The position numbers and the translations under genes were made by a program. 64,000 nt of DNA from the human T2T-CHM13v2.0 reference genome, Homo sapiens: assembly GCF_009914755.1 (NCBI RefSeq), contig NC_060944.1, one strand, 5' to 3'. Positions within the stretch are counted from its first letter, which is position 1. The number at the start of each line of letters is the position of its first letter. Below, in pieces: positions 40,919 to 56,869 of this stretch. The notes beneath the pieces are model-generated. The model searched no databases, was not told the origin of the DNA, and was given only the letters and a program-made list of their open reading frames with translations.

Positions 40919-42111
40919 TCCAAAACCATATGGAAAATCAGGAAGGCATATGTCTCCAGTGGTTTAGAAACTACAAAAGATGAGATTAAAGAGAAGTGAA
41001 AAAAGCCTCAAACACACCAAGGCAGTAACTAATGGGTGTCATTTCAAGGGTGGTACATACCTAGAGCAAAGAGGTTGGGGACATAGGGGATTGATTTGGA
41101 GCAGTGCAATAGAAGCCGTCAGGCATGGTGACCAGCTCCCTCCCATCCACCCTGCTTTGGCTAAATAGTAAGTTACATAAGTGTCTCCCCGCAGATGGCA
41201 GCAGTAAGTCTGAATGCAAAACTGTGTCCTGGGTGAGCAGGTTGAGAAACAGAGGTCTCCAAGTCCAGAAAACAAATTTATATTCTATCCCTGGAGTTAG
41301 ACTGTGGTGAACAGATAAAGCACTTTCAGATAGGCTGACAAGAAATTTTAAACTTCAAAATAAAAACATAGCCAAGAGTCACCAGATATTTGGAAAACCC
41401 AACACATGAAACAGTAACATCAAAAACAACAAACCAAAGAACTTACACCTGAGGAAACAGAGAGCAAATAGAACCAGACTATGGAATAAGTATCATTATA
41501 TACCTTGGACAAATGGCAGAGCCTACTGTATTCATATTTTAAAAAAATAAAAAATGCATCGAGGTTTTAGAAATTAAAAAAATTATTCTTGAAATAAAAA
41601 TCTCAATAGATGGGTTGAATAGCAAAATGGATTGAAGAGTATATCAGTGAATCAGAATATCATGCTAAGTAATTCTCCCGGAATGCAGTGCAAAACAATA
41701 AATAGATGGGTAGAATGAACAAAATGTTATGAGACATGAATGACAGATGTAAAAGTTCCACTATCTGCTTAATGTGAATTAGAGGAGAGAAGAAAATTAA
41801 GGAAGGAGAGTGCCTAAAACAAGGCAAAAATTTAAGACAATTTCTTAGAAATTGGAAATACTCACATTGAGAGGAACCAGTGAATATTTACAGGAAGAAT
41901 GTAAAAACACTGAAATGTAAGTAAATCATGATGAAATTTCAGGACATTAAGGATAAGGAGGAAACTCTGAATGTTTTCAGAGTGAAAAAAAATTAGGCAG
42001 GATGGAATAAGAAGATTGATACCAGACTTTACATTTGCAACATAGTAAGTGAGAAAACAGAATAACATGTTTAAAGTTTTCTGGTGAAAATACTTGTGAA
42101 CTTATGATTCT

Positions 42112-42830
<719 letters not shown>

Positions 42831-42929
42831 TTCTTTAACCAGCCAAACTGCAAGTGAATGTGAGGACATCATAAAGACATTTTAAGACACACAAACAGAT
42901 TCAAAAAGTTTATAATTCACTGTCCACAT

Positions 42930-43134
42930 AGAGTAACCTTTCTCAACAGGGTACCACTGGCATTTGGGGTGGAACAATTCTTTATTGTGTAAGACTGATC
43001 CACACATTGCAGGTTACTTAGTGTCCTTGACCATCATCCATTAAATGCCAGTAGCATTTCTCCTCCCCGTGACAATACACAGCAGCCCCACATTTGGAGG
43101 GGGTGCTGTATCACCTCTGGTTGAGAAACCATGG
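42930..43134 (+). mobile_element. MER20-like hAT-Charlie
   Basis: tttctcaac...ggttgagaaaccatg termini; attaaatgccagtagca. Confidence 0.75.
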
Positions 43135-44050
43135 TGTAGAAAATATATTCAAAGAGAAAATAAATCTAGGAAAAAAAAAGGGATATAAGAAGCACAGGTG
43201 AGCAAGAAAATCAGTAAAGTTTACTTTTAAGTCTAAATAAATTATAACAATAAACCTATAATAATAAACTAAAATCTGAGATAACTCAGGATGGAGAGTT
43301 ATGAAGTCTGGAAAGGAGGTAAGAGAGAGAAGTAAAAGCATGCTAGGAGCTTCATTTTATTTATACAATTAGCTCTGGATGTCAATTAATAATATGTGCA
43401 ACTATGTATACAAAAATACAAAGATACAGAAACTAAACATATACTTTTCAAGTCATTAGAAGAAAAGTTAGTTGGGAACAAGTAAAATGCTAGCAGCTAA
43501 CCAAAGATCAGGGATGAAAAAGAAACACAAAAACAGCATATAAAATAGAAAGCACAAGGTAAATTGGTAGAAAATGTGCAAATATATCAGTAACCATAAG
43601 AAATATGACTATATCAAATTCGCTGCTAAAAGACAGTGACTTTCGAATTGGGTTTAAAAAGAGTCAAACCGTGTGTTTTTGTATAAGAGACAGTAAAACA
43701 CAGTAATATAGAAAGGTTGAAAATAAAGAGTTGGAAAAGGTAACTGGGAAAATGCCAGGAAAAGGAAAGCAAGTGGTACAAGCAATCTTATCATTTGACA
43801 GAACGGATTTTAAGAAAAAATAATCATTGTTACTCAAAAAGACAAAAAATAATATTTCATAGTGATAAAATACTCAATCTACTAATCAGTTTAGCCTTAT
43901 GCTTGTGTGTGCCTAGTAACATAGGATTGAAATTTGTAATACAAAAACAGAATTATAAGGAGAAAACAAATCCATGACTTCGTGGGAAACATTACCTTTA
44001 GAAATCTATAGAACAAGTAGTCAAAAATCAAGTAAGAAACAAAGATCTAG

Positions 44051-44470
<420 letters not shown>

Positions 44471-45544
44471 ACCAAGTTTAATCAAATAAATTTATATAGA
44501 GATAAATGTTTGCCTTTTTCAAACACACATGATAACTTTATAAAAATCGTCCTGACTTGAAATAATAGCTTTTTTTCCTTTTAACCTTTTATTTCTTCTT
44601 TTCTGTCCAATGATGCTGCCTGCTTCTCCTCTTCCCAGGTAACATTGCTAGCAGAGTGACTGTATCCATCTATATCTTTCTTCATGCTCATAAAATCATA
44701 TCTAAATATATACATATATATGTAGATTTCTCTTCCTATAGCTTACAAAAATAGAACCACAGTTTATAAATTTCTCTGCATCTTTCAGAAATGGAAGATG
44801 GAAGTGCTCTCCAGTCAGTAGACAGAGGTTTCAGTTATTCTTGTTAAATGGCTGCATTATGTCATGATATAAATGTACTGCAATTTACTCAATAATTCTA
44901 CTGTCTATGGGCATTCACATTGTTTTCAGGTTTTTTCCTCCCATTGCAATCATGATCACTGTTGATGTGAACATCCATAGACACATATATTCTGGTGTTT
45001 TTATTTCTATGGGAAGAATTCCCATGCGTGGGATTGCCGGGTGAAAGAATGTGTGGAGTTGTTTTCTTTTGATATACGTTGCCAGATTGCTCTCCAACAA
45101 GGTCACAGCTGCTGGCGATGTGGTGAAGAGTGTCCCTTTCCAGCCTGTAGTAGGTGTTATCATGTTCCCAATTTGCTAGTCTGATGTGAGTAAAGTGATA
45201 ACTCATTGTTGTGTAATTTACATTTCCTTAACTCTTAGGGAGACCGAACATCTTTTTACATTTATTCAACATTTGGACTTGTTCTTCTGGGAATTGTCTA
45301 GGATAGCTTTTGATCATTTTTATGCTGATACCATTTTTATTCTGATACGCACATAGGTATTAACCCTTTATCTGCCATCTGATTTGCAAATAAATGGAAA
45401 GATCTCATCAAGTACTAGGTTGATGTAATGTCACATGTTTTCTTCTAAAATGGTTTCAGTTTTTTAGATTTAAGTCTTTAATTCATCTGGAGCTCATTTC
45501 TGTCTAAATGACATAAAATAAAGTCCCAATTTTATTTCTTTTGT

Positions 45545-46170
45545 CTCTGCAATGTCCAATACAGTAGCCATAGCCACTTGCGGCTATTGAGCACTTGAAA
45601 TATTACTCTTCAGAACTGGAATGGGCTGTAAGTCTAAAATATACACTGATTTCCAAGACTCAGTATGGAAAACAAAGACTGTAAAATGTCTAATTTATAA
45701 CTTTTATATTGATCATATGTTGAAATGTGAATGTTTTGGATGCATTAGAATAAATAAAATATTTATGTAAATTAACTGTATATTTCTTTTTACTTCTTAA
45801 TGTGGCTACTAGAAAAATTTTAGGCCAGGCATGGTGCCTCACGCCTGTAATCTCAGCACTTTGGGAGGCTGAGGTGGGAGGATTGCTTGAGCCCAGGAGT
45901 TTGAGACAAGCCTGGACAACACAGTGAGATCCAATCTTTAAAAAATTTTTTAAAAAAATTAACCAGGCATGGCGATATATGCCAGTGGTCCCACCTACAT
46001 GGGAGGCTGAGGCAGGAAGATCGCTTGATGCTGGGAGGTTGAGGCTGCAGTGAGCCATGTTAGAGACACAGCACTCTAGCTTGGGTGACAGAACAAGACC
46101 CTGTCTCAAAAAAAAAAAAAGACATTTTAATTACATGCGTAGCTTACATTATATTTCTATTGGACAGCTC
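45545..46170 (-). mobile_element. MER33-like element split by an AluJ (+, 45823-46120)
   Basis: MER33 halves rejoin across the Alu (gtggctactagaaaaatttt...ttacatgcgtagcttacattatatttctattggacagc). Confidence 0.8.
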
Positions 46171-46274
46171 TATTTCAGATGATCAGTTGCGCCAGAGCTA
46201 TTTCTTAAACATTTTTGCTCTCTTTCACTTATCTTTTATCTGCCTCATGAGGGGTATATCTATTTTATGTCTCA

Positions 46275-47066
<792 letters not shown>

Positions 47067-47215
47067 TGGGATTTTTTTTCCTTAAAGACATAGATTTTGG
47101 ATTTATTTTTTCCTGGTATTTCCCCTTACTATTTCTAAAATATTATCTTCCATCTTAATGAGTTTCCCCTTCCCCCAGCTAATTTTCTTGTCCTTTTTCT
47201 ATTTCTCAAGAATAT

Positions 47216-48645
47216 TGTTTTAGCCTGGATTCTCTAGAAAACAGAACCTTTGGCAAGTTTGTATGCCAACACCTCACTGGGGAGTGCAACCTCAGAGAAA
47301 CCAGATTGAGGGAAAAATGAGGCAAGAAGGAGAAGTGCAAAGATAAGAGGCATTACTGAGAGGACCCGAGTTTTGTAATTAATGAAGCTAACTGCTTGGA
47401 CTCACAGTACATCTTCAGATCTTCAGAGAAGTTGTATGAACTACCCTGTCTTGGAACATCCTCAGGAGGAGAAAGTGAGTAGAATTTAACCACGGCTCCT
47501 TCCTGTCTCTTGTCTCATCCCCTGTGGCTCAAAGTCTCCCCCACAGGGCATTAACCCTCCAGCACATTCAGGCTGTATTACCTGGTCTCTCCAGACAGCA
47601 GCCGGGGAAGCCAGAGCCTTCCAGACCAATCTAGCTAGTGCAGGTAGTAGCTTGTCTCTCCTTTTCTGACAGTGCCACTGTGGGGATTCTCCATCTATAG
47701 TGTAGTCAATGGCAGAGGCATGGACCTCGTTCCATGACCAGGGACTAGCTTGCTGTCCCCTGTAGCTCTCTTCTATCTAGGATTGAAGGCAAGGGGTTTA
47801 GGCCTGAGGTTGGTGAGTATAGGGCTTAGGGAGAAGATATCACAGAGAGATCTACGGCAGTGCATACCAAGTCTGGTACATTCCACTTTGCACCATTCAG
47901 ACCTACTTTCACCCTCTTATAATATCTGGAGCACATATAAGAACGATGCCTTCATTTCGTCTCCTAGGGGAGAGATGCAAGTCAGTCCTCCAAGGTGGTG
48001 ACTTGTTGCAGCTTCTGGCAATTTTAGAGGGTTGGCAAACCAAGTACAGTTTTTGCTGCTGTAACCTGTTCCAGGATAGTAATTCCAATTCATTGTCTTC
48101 CTCCTCTGCTACCTATTCTGGATTTCCCTCCCTCTTGGCTATTATGCAACTGAAATGGGTTGCTTCCTGGTGGAGTGACTCAGACCTTCCTCCTCAAGGG
48201 ATCTGAGGGATCTGAGCCCTTGCTCTTGTCTAACTGTAGTTGCTGCAAGGAATTTAGGACTGTCCTTTGCATGGAAGTCCTAAGAGATGCCCAGGGATTC
48301 CCTGGATTCTCATTGTGTAGCAGTTACCCCAGCTCCTCATGTTACAGGGTGGATTATCTCAGCAGGTAAAACCATTCTTTCTTTATCTGCTAGTCAACTG
48401 GCATGAATGACCAAAATGGCCCCAAATGGCCAGCTGGTTTGAGAGGCTAATCTTACTTCCAGTCCTTTGCTCCTGGGGATATCACACTGTATATTGGCCA
48501 TTAATTCAGTGTATGTACCATATTCTGGAGGAAAGCACCTCATCCCCAAAAGGTGTCGTCTCCAAGCTGGTACCTTAACTAAACCTTGGAGAGGCCATTT
48601 CTGTCAGTCTGATTGCTTTTGGGTGATGATGTATAGCCTTGCTAC
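47216..48645 (-). mobile_element. ERVL-class 3' LTR (~47216-47880) plus adjoining internal remnant
   Basis: Minus strand aaagtggaa|tgtaccagac PPT/LTR junction; LTR end ...gagaatccaggctaaaaca; internal segment resembles the one at 56945-57010. Confidence 0.55.
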
Positions 48646-48653
48646 TTAAAGTT

Positions 48654-48684
<31 letters not shown>

Positions 48685-49070
48685 GTGTGTAGGGGACCAG
48701 TAGCAGCAGAAGAACCTGGGAGCATTTTAGAAGTGCAAATTCTCAGCCAGCTGTGGTGGCTTACACCTGTAATCCCAGCACTTTGCAGGCCAAGGCAGGA
48801 AGATCGCTTGAGCTCAGAGTTCAAGACCAGCCTGCACAACATAGTGAGGCCCTGCCTCTACAAAGACAAAAAAATTAGCCAGGCTCAGTGGTGTGCATCT
48901 GCAGTGAGCTGAGCTATTATTCCAACAGTGCAGTCTATCCTGGGTGACAGAGCAAGACCCTGTCTTAAAAAAAATTGCAAATTCTCAGGCTCCCCTCCAG
49001 ACCTACTGAAGCAGAATCTGCATTTTAACAAGATTCCTAGGTGATCTGTAGGCACATTAAAGTTTGGTAC
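48646..49070 (+). mobile_element. MER5A-like MITE containing (GT)n (48654-48690) and a deleted AluJ (48745-48974)
   Basis: cagacctactgaagcagaatctgcattttaacaagattcc; Alu TSD tgcaaattctcag. Confidence 0.75.
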
Positions 49071-49934
49071 CTGGTTTACATGGTAAGACCTATGTGATGT
49101 TCACTGAAGCAGGGCAATGGTTGATGTCAGAGGAGGAAGCGTGGGGTACAGGGTTGCTATGGATCTGTAGCAATACATAAACTGAGTCATATACAAGTAT
49201 TAAGTTCATTTATTGACAAAGTTACTTAAGCCTATACAACTTCCATTGACTGCAGCTTTTTCTGTCTTCCATTAGCTTTTGAATGACGAGGTCTCCTTTC
49301 CATTGTTTTCCAGATAATTTGTAATTTTATTTTTTATTTCCTTTGATCCAACGGTTACCTAACACTGTATTTCTTACACTTAATTTCCAAATCAGTAGCA
49401 TATTTTGGTAATATTTTAAATTATTTACTTCTCTTTTTATTGGATGATGAATGGAAAAGATAGCCTATAAAATACCTAATTTATTTAATTTTTCAAGATT
49501 TTCCTTATGACCCAATAGGAAATAAATTTTGGTAAATACTCCATGTATGCATAAAAATCTATATTCAGTAGTTGAAGAAATACTTATTTGAGTTTGCTGA
49601 TTCTATTTTTAATCCTTCTACGCATCCATTTTTCCTATTAGAGCTACTGACTTTGAAATAGACATGTTGAAGTCTCCCATCGAAATTGTATTTTTATGAG
49701 GCTCTCTTTATATTTCTAATACTTTTTTGCTTTCTATATTTATTTGCTATGTCGTTTGGTGCATAAAGTTTTATGCTCATTAAATCCTCTTCTTAAATTT
49801 TGTAGTAATAATATCCCTCTTTATCCAGTTTGGAATTTTATTCCTAAAATCCAACCCATGTGATGTGGATATTGCTACTCAAACTTTTTGTTTGTTTCCA
49901 GATCAAAACTAATTTTTGGATCCTGAACACACTG

Positions 49935-50543
49935 AGCAAGAATATCCGTTGTGGCCCTGAGACCAGCTGCACTGGCTGGGTTGGTAGTGTCTCCCTCTAA
50001 CCCTCCTTTTAAGTTTCTCCCAGGAAAGATGCCCACGGGAATCCTGGAGTTGTAGCTCCTGGCACCTAAGTGAAAAAGTGGCTCTGTGTGGCAAACGGGC
50101 AGACTGTAGTGGACACTTGGTGTACTGCCCAGATTCCCCCTCAAGAGTGAAGGACTTATTTCTATAGCTGCTGGCAGTGTTGCCAGCAAATAGCCATCAG
50201 ATATCAGCTCTTTTCTGGAAGTGCCTGGGTTGAAGAGTCCAGGCTTACCCAAGGTCACGCCCTCTCCCAAGACAGTTCATGCCTTATTACTGGTGGACAT
50301 GAAGGCACAAAGCCCCAGCTCCCCTCACTCCAACTTGGGACAACCCTGAAGTGCCATTACAGCTTCAAAGCTCCTCAAGGAGATGGCTGTTGCTTTTATT
50401 GAATCTGTATCACAGTCCACTTCCTCACTTTGCCTGATCCTTCTTCCTTCCCTTTCCAAGATGTTGATCCCAAGAGCTCTCCTTAATAAATTTCCTGCAT
50501 GCACATCTCTGAGTCTTCCTTCTACGGAGGCCAGTTTATGACA
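49935..50543 (+). mobile_element. ERVL internal 3' end plus LTR16-like LTR (~50105-50543)
   Basis: gggcagac|tgtagtggacac start; cttaataaatttcctgcatgcacatctctgagtc...tgaca end. Confidence 0.65.
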
Positions 50544-50934
50544 ATTGGAGGTTGTCCTTATTCTTAGGGGATGTATACTTAAGAGTGAAGAGTCATAACA
50601 TGGGTAATTTATTTTCAAATTATTCTGGAAAAATGTGTATGCATATATGTATAAAAAGGAGACAGAGATAAAGCAAGTGTGGTAACATCTTAACAACTGG
50701 TGAATCTGGATGATTCATATACGGATGTTTATTGTAGCATTCTTCTGCCTTTTCTGAGGATTTGACATTTACAAAATATCAAGGTGAAAACAAAATCCCT
50801 TTCCTCTATTTTTAATAGGTGTTTCAGTGGGAACAAAATTAGGCTTGTATATTCAATCTGTATCTTTACCTGGGACCTCTTCATTATTTTTAAACCTTTG
50901 TTTTGTTTTTCTAATACAATTATTTAAATCTGTA

Positions 50935-53900
50935 CAGGCATACCTGGTTTTATTGCACTTTCCAGCTATTGTGTTTTTATAAATTGAAGAATTGTGGCAA
51001 CACTGCATAGAGCAACTCCACCATTTTTTTCTAACACCATGTCCTCACTTCATGTCTCTATGTCACATTTTGGTAATTCTCACAATATTTCAAACTTTTT
51101 CACGATGATTGTATCTGTTACGGTGATTTGTGATCAGTAATCTCTGGTGTTACTATTTTAATTGTTTTGGGGTACGAATGTGCCCATATGACAGTGAACT
51201 TGATCCATAAATATTATATGTGTTCTGAATGCTCCACTTACCAGCTGTTCCCTTATCTCTATACTTCTCTCCTTGGGCCTCCCTATTCCCTGAGACACAG
51301 AATATTGAAATTAGGCCAATTAATGACCCTACAATGGCTTCTGTGTGTTCAAGTGAAAGGAAGTGTTGCACATATCTCATTTTAAATCAAAGGCTAGAAA
51401 TGATCCCCACAAGCACAAGTAACTAAAGCAAAAATGGACAAATGGGTCACATTAAGTTAAAAAGCTTCTGCCCAGTGAAAGAAACAACAACATGAAAAGA
51501 CAACCCACAGAATGGATGAAAATACTTGCAAACTATCCACATGACAAGGGATCAATAACCAAAATATATAAGGAGCTCAAATAACTCTATAGGAACAAAA
51601 TCTAATAATCTAATTTAAAAATGGGCAAAAGATCTGATGAATAGACATTTTTCAAAAGAGGACATACAAATGAGAAGCAGGTGTATGAAAAGGTGCTCAA
51701 CATCACTGATCATCAGATAAATGCAAGTCAAAACTATAATGAAGCATCATCTCACCCCAGTTAAAATGGTATTTATCCAAAAGACAGACAATAACAAGTG
51801 CTGGTGAGGATGTGGAAAAAGGAGAACCCTCATACACTGTTGGTGGGAACGTAAATTAGAACAATTCAGAGGTTCCTAAAAAAACTAAAAATAGAGCTAC
51901 CATATGATCCAGCAATCCCACTGCCAGGTATATACACAAAAAAATGGAAATCAGTATATTGAAGACATATCTGCATTCCCATGTTTATTGAAGCACTATT
52001 CACAATAGCCAAGATTTAGAAACAACCTAGTGTCCATCAACGATGAATTGATAAAGAAAACGTGGTTGATTTATACAATGGAGTACTATTCAGTCATAAG
52101 AATGAACGAGATCCTGTCATTTGCAATGACGTAGATGGAACTGGCAGTCAGTGCATTAAGTGAAATAGGCCAGGAACAGAAAGACAAACTTGGCATCTTC
52201 TCACTTATTTGTGGGAGCTAAAAATTAAAAGAATTGAACTCATGGAGATAGAGAGTCAAAGGATGGTTACCAGAGGCTGGGAAGGGTAATTGGGAGAGGG
52301 GTAGGGGAGTGAGGATGGTTAATGGGTCCAAAAAAATAGAAAGAATGAGTAACACCTGATATTTGACAGCATAACAGGGTGATGACAGTCAATAATAATT
52401 TAATTGTACATTTAAAAGCAACAAAGAGTACAATTGGATTGTTTGTAACACAAAGGAAAAATGCTTGAGGTGATGGATACCTGGTTTATCCTGATGTGAT
52501 TATTACACATTGTATGCTAGTATCAAAATATCTTATGCAGCCCATAAATATACATAACTACTATGTCTCCACAAAAATTAAAAGTTAAAATTAAAAAAAG
52601 AGAAATGATTAAGCTTAGTGAGGGAGGCATGTTGAAAGCCAAGAAAGGTCAAAAGCTAGGCATCTTGCACCAAACAGCCAAGTGGTGAATGCAAAGAAAA
52701 ACTTCTTGAAGGAAATTAAAAGTGCTAATTCAGAACACATGAATGATAAGAAAACAAAAGAGCCTTATTGCTGATACAGAGAAAGTTTGAGTGGTCTGGA
52801 TAGAAGATCAAACCAGCTGCAACATTCCCATAAACCGAAACCGAATCCAGAGCAAGCCCCTAACTCTCTTCAATTCTATGAAGACAGAGAGGTGAAGAAG
52901 CTGCAGAAGAAAAGTTTGAAGTTATCAGAGGTTGGTTTATGAGGGTTAAGGAAAGAAGCCATCTCTATAGCATAAAAATGCAAAGTGAAGCAGCAAGTGC
53001 TGATGGAGAAGCTGCAGCAAGTTCTCCAGAAGATCTAGCTAAGATCACTGATGAAGGTGGCTACACTAAAAAACAGATCTTCAATGTAGACAAAACAGCC
53101 TTCTATTGGGAGATGATGCCATTAAGGACTTTCGCAGATAGAGAGAAGTCAATGCTTGGCTTCAAAGCTTCAAATGATAGGCTGACTCTCTTGTTAGTAG
53201 CTAAGGTAGTTGGTGACTTTAAGTTGAAGCCAATGCATATTTCCCATTTCTCAAGTCTTAGAGCCCTTTAGAATTATGTTACATCTCTTTGGCCTGTGCT
53301 CCATAAATGTAACAACAAAGCCTGGATGACAGCACATCTGCTTATAGCAAGGTTTACTGATTATTTTAAGCCCACTGTTGAGAACTGTGCTCAGAATAAA
53401 AAAGATTCCTTTCAAAATATTACTGCTCATCGACAAAACACCAGGTCACTCAGAAACTCTGATGAAGATGTACAAGGAGACAAATGTTGTTCCTATCCCT
53501 GCTAACACAGTATCCATTCTGTAGCCCATGGATCAAAGAGTAACTTTGACTTTCAAGTCTTATTATTTAAGAAATACATTTTGTAAGGCTATAGCTGCCA
53601 TAAATAGTAATTCCTCTGATAGGTCTGGGAAAAATACATTGAAAACCTCCTAGAAAGAACTTACTATTCTAGATTACATCAAGAATGCTTGTGATTCAGG
53701 AGAAGAGGTCAAAATATCAACATTAATAATAATTTAGAAGAAGTTGATTCCAACTTTTATGGATAACTTTGAGAGACTCAAGGCTTCGGTGGAGGAAGTA
53801 ACTGCAGATGTGATAGAAATAGCAAGACAACTAGAATTAGAAGTGGAGCCTGAAGGTGTGCCTGAACTGCTGCAATCTCATGAGAAGACTTTAATGAGTG

Positions 53901-54517
53901 TGGAGTTACTTTTTATGAATGCTCAAAGAGAGCAATTTATTGAGATGGCAACTACTTCTGGGGAAGAGTCTATCAACATCGTTAAAATGACGACAAAGGA
54001 TTTAGAATATTACATAAATTTAGTTGATAAAGCAACTGCAGGGTTTGAGAGGATTGACTCCAATTTTGAACGTTCTACTGTGGGATAAATGCTATCAAAC
54101 AGCATCACATGCTACAAAGAAAGCTTTCATGAAAGGAAGAGTTGATTGATGCAGCCAACTTCATTGTTGTTTTATTTTAAGAAATTGCCACAGTCACCCC
54201 GAACTTCAGCAAACTACCACTCACATCAGTCAGTAGCCATCAACACTGAGGTAAGACCCTCCCACCAGCAAAAAGATTACGACTCACTGAAAGCTCAGAT
54301 GATCATCAATATTTTTTAGCAATAAAGTATTTTAAAATTAAGGTATGTACATTTATAGACATAATGCTATTGCCCACTTAATTGATGACAGTATAGAGGA
54401 AACATAACTTTTATATGCACTGGGAAACCAAAAAATTCATATGACTCACTTAATTGCAATATTAGCTTTATTGTAGTGGTCTGATACTGAAGTTGCATTA
54501 TCTCTGAGATATGCCTG
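50935..54517 (+). mobile_element. Near full-length Tigger1 (TcMar) with decayed transposase, split by an L1
   Basis: TA|caggcatacc ... gatatgcctg|TA TIRs and TA TSD; ORF fragments 52939-53271 ([25 protein letters not shown]) and 53744-54088 are pogo/Tigger-like; about 2.4 kb without the L1. Confidence 0.93.
51405..52600 (+). mobile_element. 5'-truncated L1 (L1MA-like) ORF2 end and 3'UTR, inserted in Tigger1
   Basis: L1 3' sequence with A-rich tail; TSD agaaatgat at 51396-51404 and 52601-52609. Confidence 0.9.
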
Positions 54518-55504
54518 TATATCTTCCTTTGAATGCTTCTTCGGTCATAGTTCACAGATTTTTTATTTTTTGTGCCCTCATTGTTATTCATTAGAAATAA
54601 TTTATAATTTCTACTTTAATTTTTCTTTTGAACCCAATAGATAGTTAAAAGAGTAGGTTTTGAATATTCATGTCTATAGGGGTTTTGTTGGTAATGAGGT
54701 TTTTGTTTGTTTGGCTATTCTTTGGCGATTTCTAGTTTTATTGCATTGTGGTCTGTGAACACATTTCTGCCATTTAGAATATAGTGGAATTTCCTCTGAG
54801 AATTCTGCGGGGATGGTTGTTGAATACATCTGTGCTGCCTTCATCCTTCAATTTAAAACCAGCTACTGAACCTTTTGTGAGCCAAGCAGCTTCTGGGGTT
54901 TAGAGATCTAGTGCATCTCTGGGGTCCAGAAGAAGGGAGTTGGCAGAGCAAGTTTCTGCTTCTGAGCCCCACGACAGCCCGGGGACTGGAGGTGCAGAGC
55001 CCAGGAGTAATGGTCAGAAGAAAAGTGAAATCGGGAACACTTGACCTACGGAAATCCAAGGACCTCCCAAGGGAGAGGCTGCAGCTGCCCCCGTGAGCAC
55101 TCTATGGTCTCATTGTTCCAGCTCATACAAAGCTGTGGGGGAGAACAAAAGTGCTAAATCCTCTCCTCAACTGGGAAAATGCCAGTCTTTGCAGCTGAAG
55201 AGACTAGCGGGCAGAGGGAGACCTTTTGGGACCAACCACTTGCCAGCGGACCCAGCAAGTCAAAGACTGTTGCAACATCCATTACTCGAGAGACTGGCCT
55301 TGCTCTAGATCCCCAGCAGCTGAACATGGGCCCCAGTGGGTCAGCAAAGGAAAATACCAACCCATCCTGGGGGACCCAGAAGTGAGAAAGTGAAAGAACC
55401 AGCATATTGCAGAGAACAACAGCTACAAACCTTCTGGGGGAGAGAGAGGACAGCCTGAACCAAAAACAATGATAACAACAACACGTAAGGAACCACAAAT
55501 ACAG

Positions 55505-55643
55505 TGTGCATAAACGCACGCATACACACACGCATGCACACACGCGCACACACATGCATGCACACATACACACATGCATGCACACGCACACACGCATGCA
55601 CACACACACATGCACACACACACACATGCACACACACACATGT
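55505..55643. repeat. Mixed CA/CG/TG alternating purine-pyrimidine tract
   Basis: About 130 bp of uninterrupted RY alternation from ~55513. Confidence 0.92.
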
Positions 55644-55699
55644 TCTGGATCTAAAGAATCTCATTTTCAGACTAAAAATTTCAAGAGATGAATCAAAGG

Positions 55700-56780
55700 A
55701 TTGCAGAGTCACTGTTGAAACCTGACCTAGAATGCCAAATGGAGTAATGAAACAAAACACAAATCAAAAATGCAAAGAGAGGAAAATTATGAGGTGAAAT
55801 AAACAGTTTGAGGAAATGATGCAGGCAATCAAATACTTGCATATTTGGATTATTCTATGTTGGAATTATTATTATTAGGATAATAGAAATTTGTAAAATA
55901 AAGCAGATGGAAGACAGGCAATAATTAAACAAATAATAGAGGAAATTGTCCTTGAAAATTTTCCAATAAAGACTTGATCTGAGATTTGAAGGACCCACTG
56001 AATTCCAAACAGAACTTACACAAAATAATACTCATCTTTAGCCATGTCCTGAAAACAATGACTGAAATCTCAAGTGTTAATATAAAAGCTTACTCATTTC
56101 TAGAGAGGGAAAATAAGTAACTTACAAAGAAACAATGAGATGTCATTTGACTTCTCATCTGCATCCGTGGAAGCAAACTATGCTGTAAGTATATCTACAG
56201 ATTTCTGAGAGAAGAGGAATCCTAAAAGAAAGACTAATAGTAATGTCAGACTGTAAGTCCTGAAGGATCTCAGCCTAGTATTTAGGGAAGGGGTGGAAGA
56301 AGATGGAAGGTAAAAGTGTTTCAATATCTTTGCGGGCTGAGGATATAGAAAAATACTACAAATAGGTCTCTTTAATGTGGGGAAATAGATGCTTTTCTCA
56401 CATAATGGAGGATTATATAATTGCAATTGTGTATTTTATTCTGAATGTGAAAAAAATACAGATAACCACTCATGGCATGGAAAAGTATAGCGCTTCTCTA
56501 AGAAACCTATAAGAATCTATAAGAAAATCTAAAAGAAAAAAATCTACAAGAAAAAAAAAATCTAATAAATGGCCATGTTACCAAGCCATCAAAAACAAGA
56601 AAAAGAGAGAAAGGACAAAGTAAAATAAATAGTGAACCTGAGTTAAAATGGAAGAAATGAAATAAATTATATCCAGGTTTACACAAACCTCAAATGAGCC
56701 GAATTCTCCCATTAAAACTCAAAGTTCATTAAATAGGATTGAAGAACAAAAACCAGCCATATGCTGTTGTTAGAAATACT
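55700..56780 (+). mobile_element. Ancient L1/HAL1-like ORF1 remnant
   Basis: A-rich with L1 ORF1-like motifs (gagatttgaaggacccactga; gacttctcatctgca). Confidence 0.45.
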
Positions 56781-56869
56781 ATATCAGTCAGAATTGGTGT
56801 AACAGAAACCCAACTTACAGTGGTTTAAATATGTAAGAAATTTAATTTTCCTTGCAGCAGAGAGCTGCC

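Noticed and set aside
52939-54088. Functional or domesticated transposase (TIGD1-like)
   Set aside because: Frame broken into pieces by stops and frameshifts and interrupted by an L1
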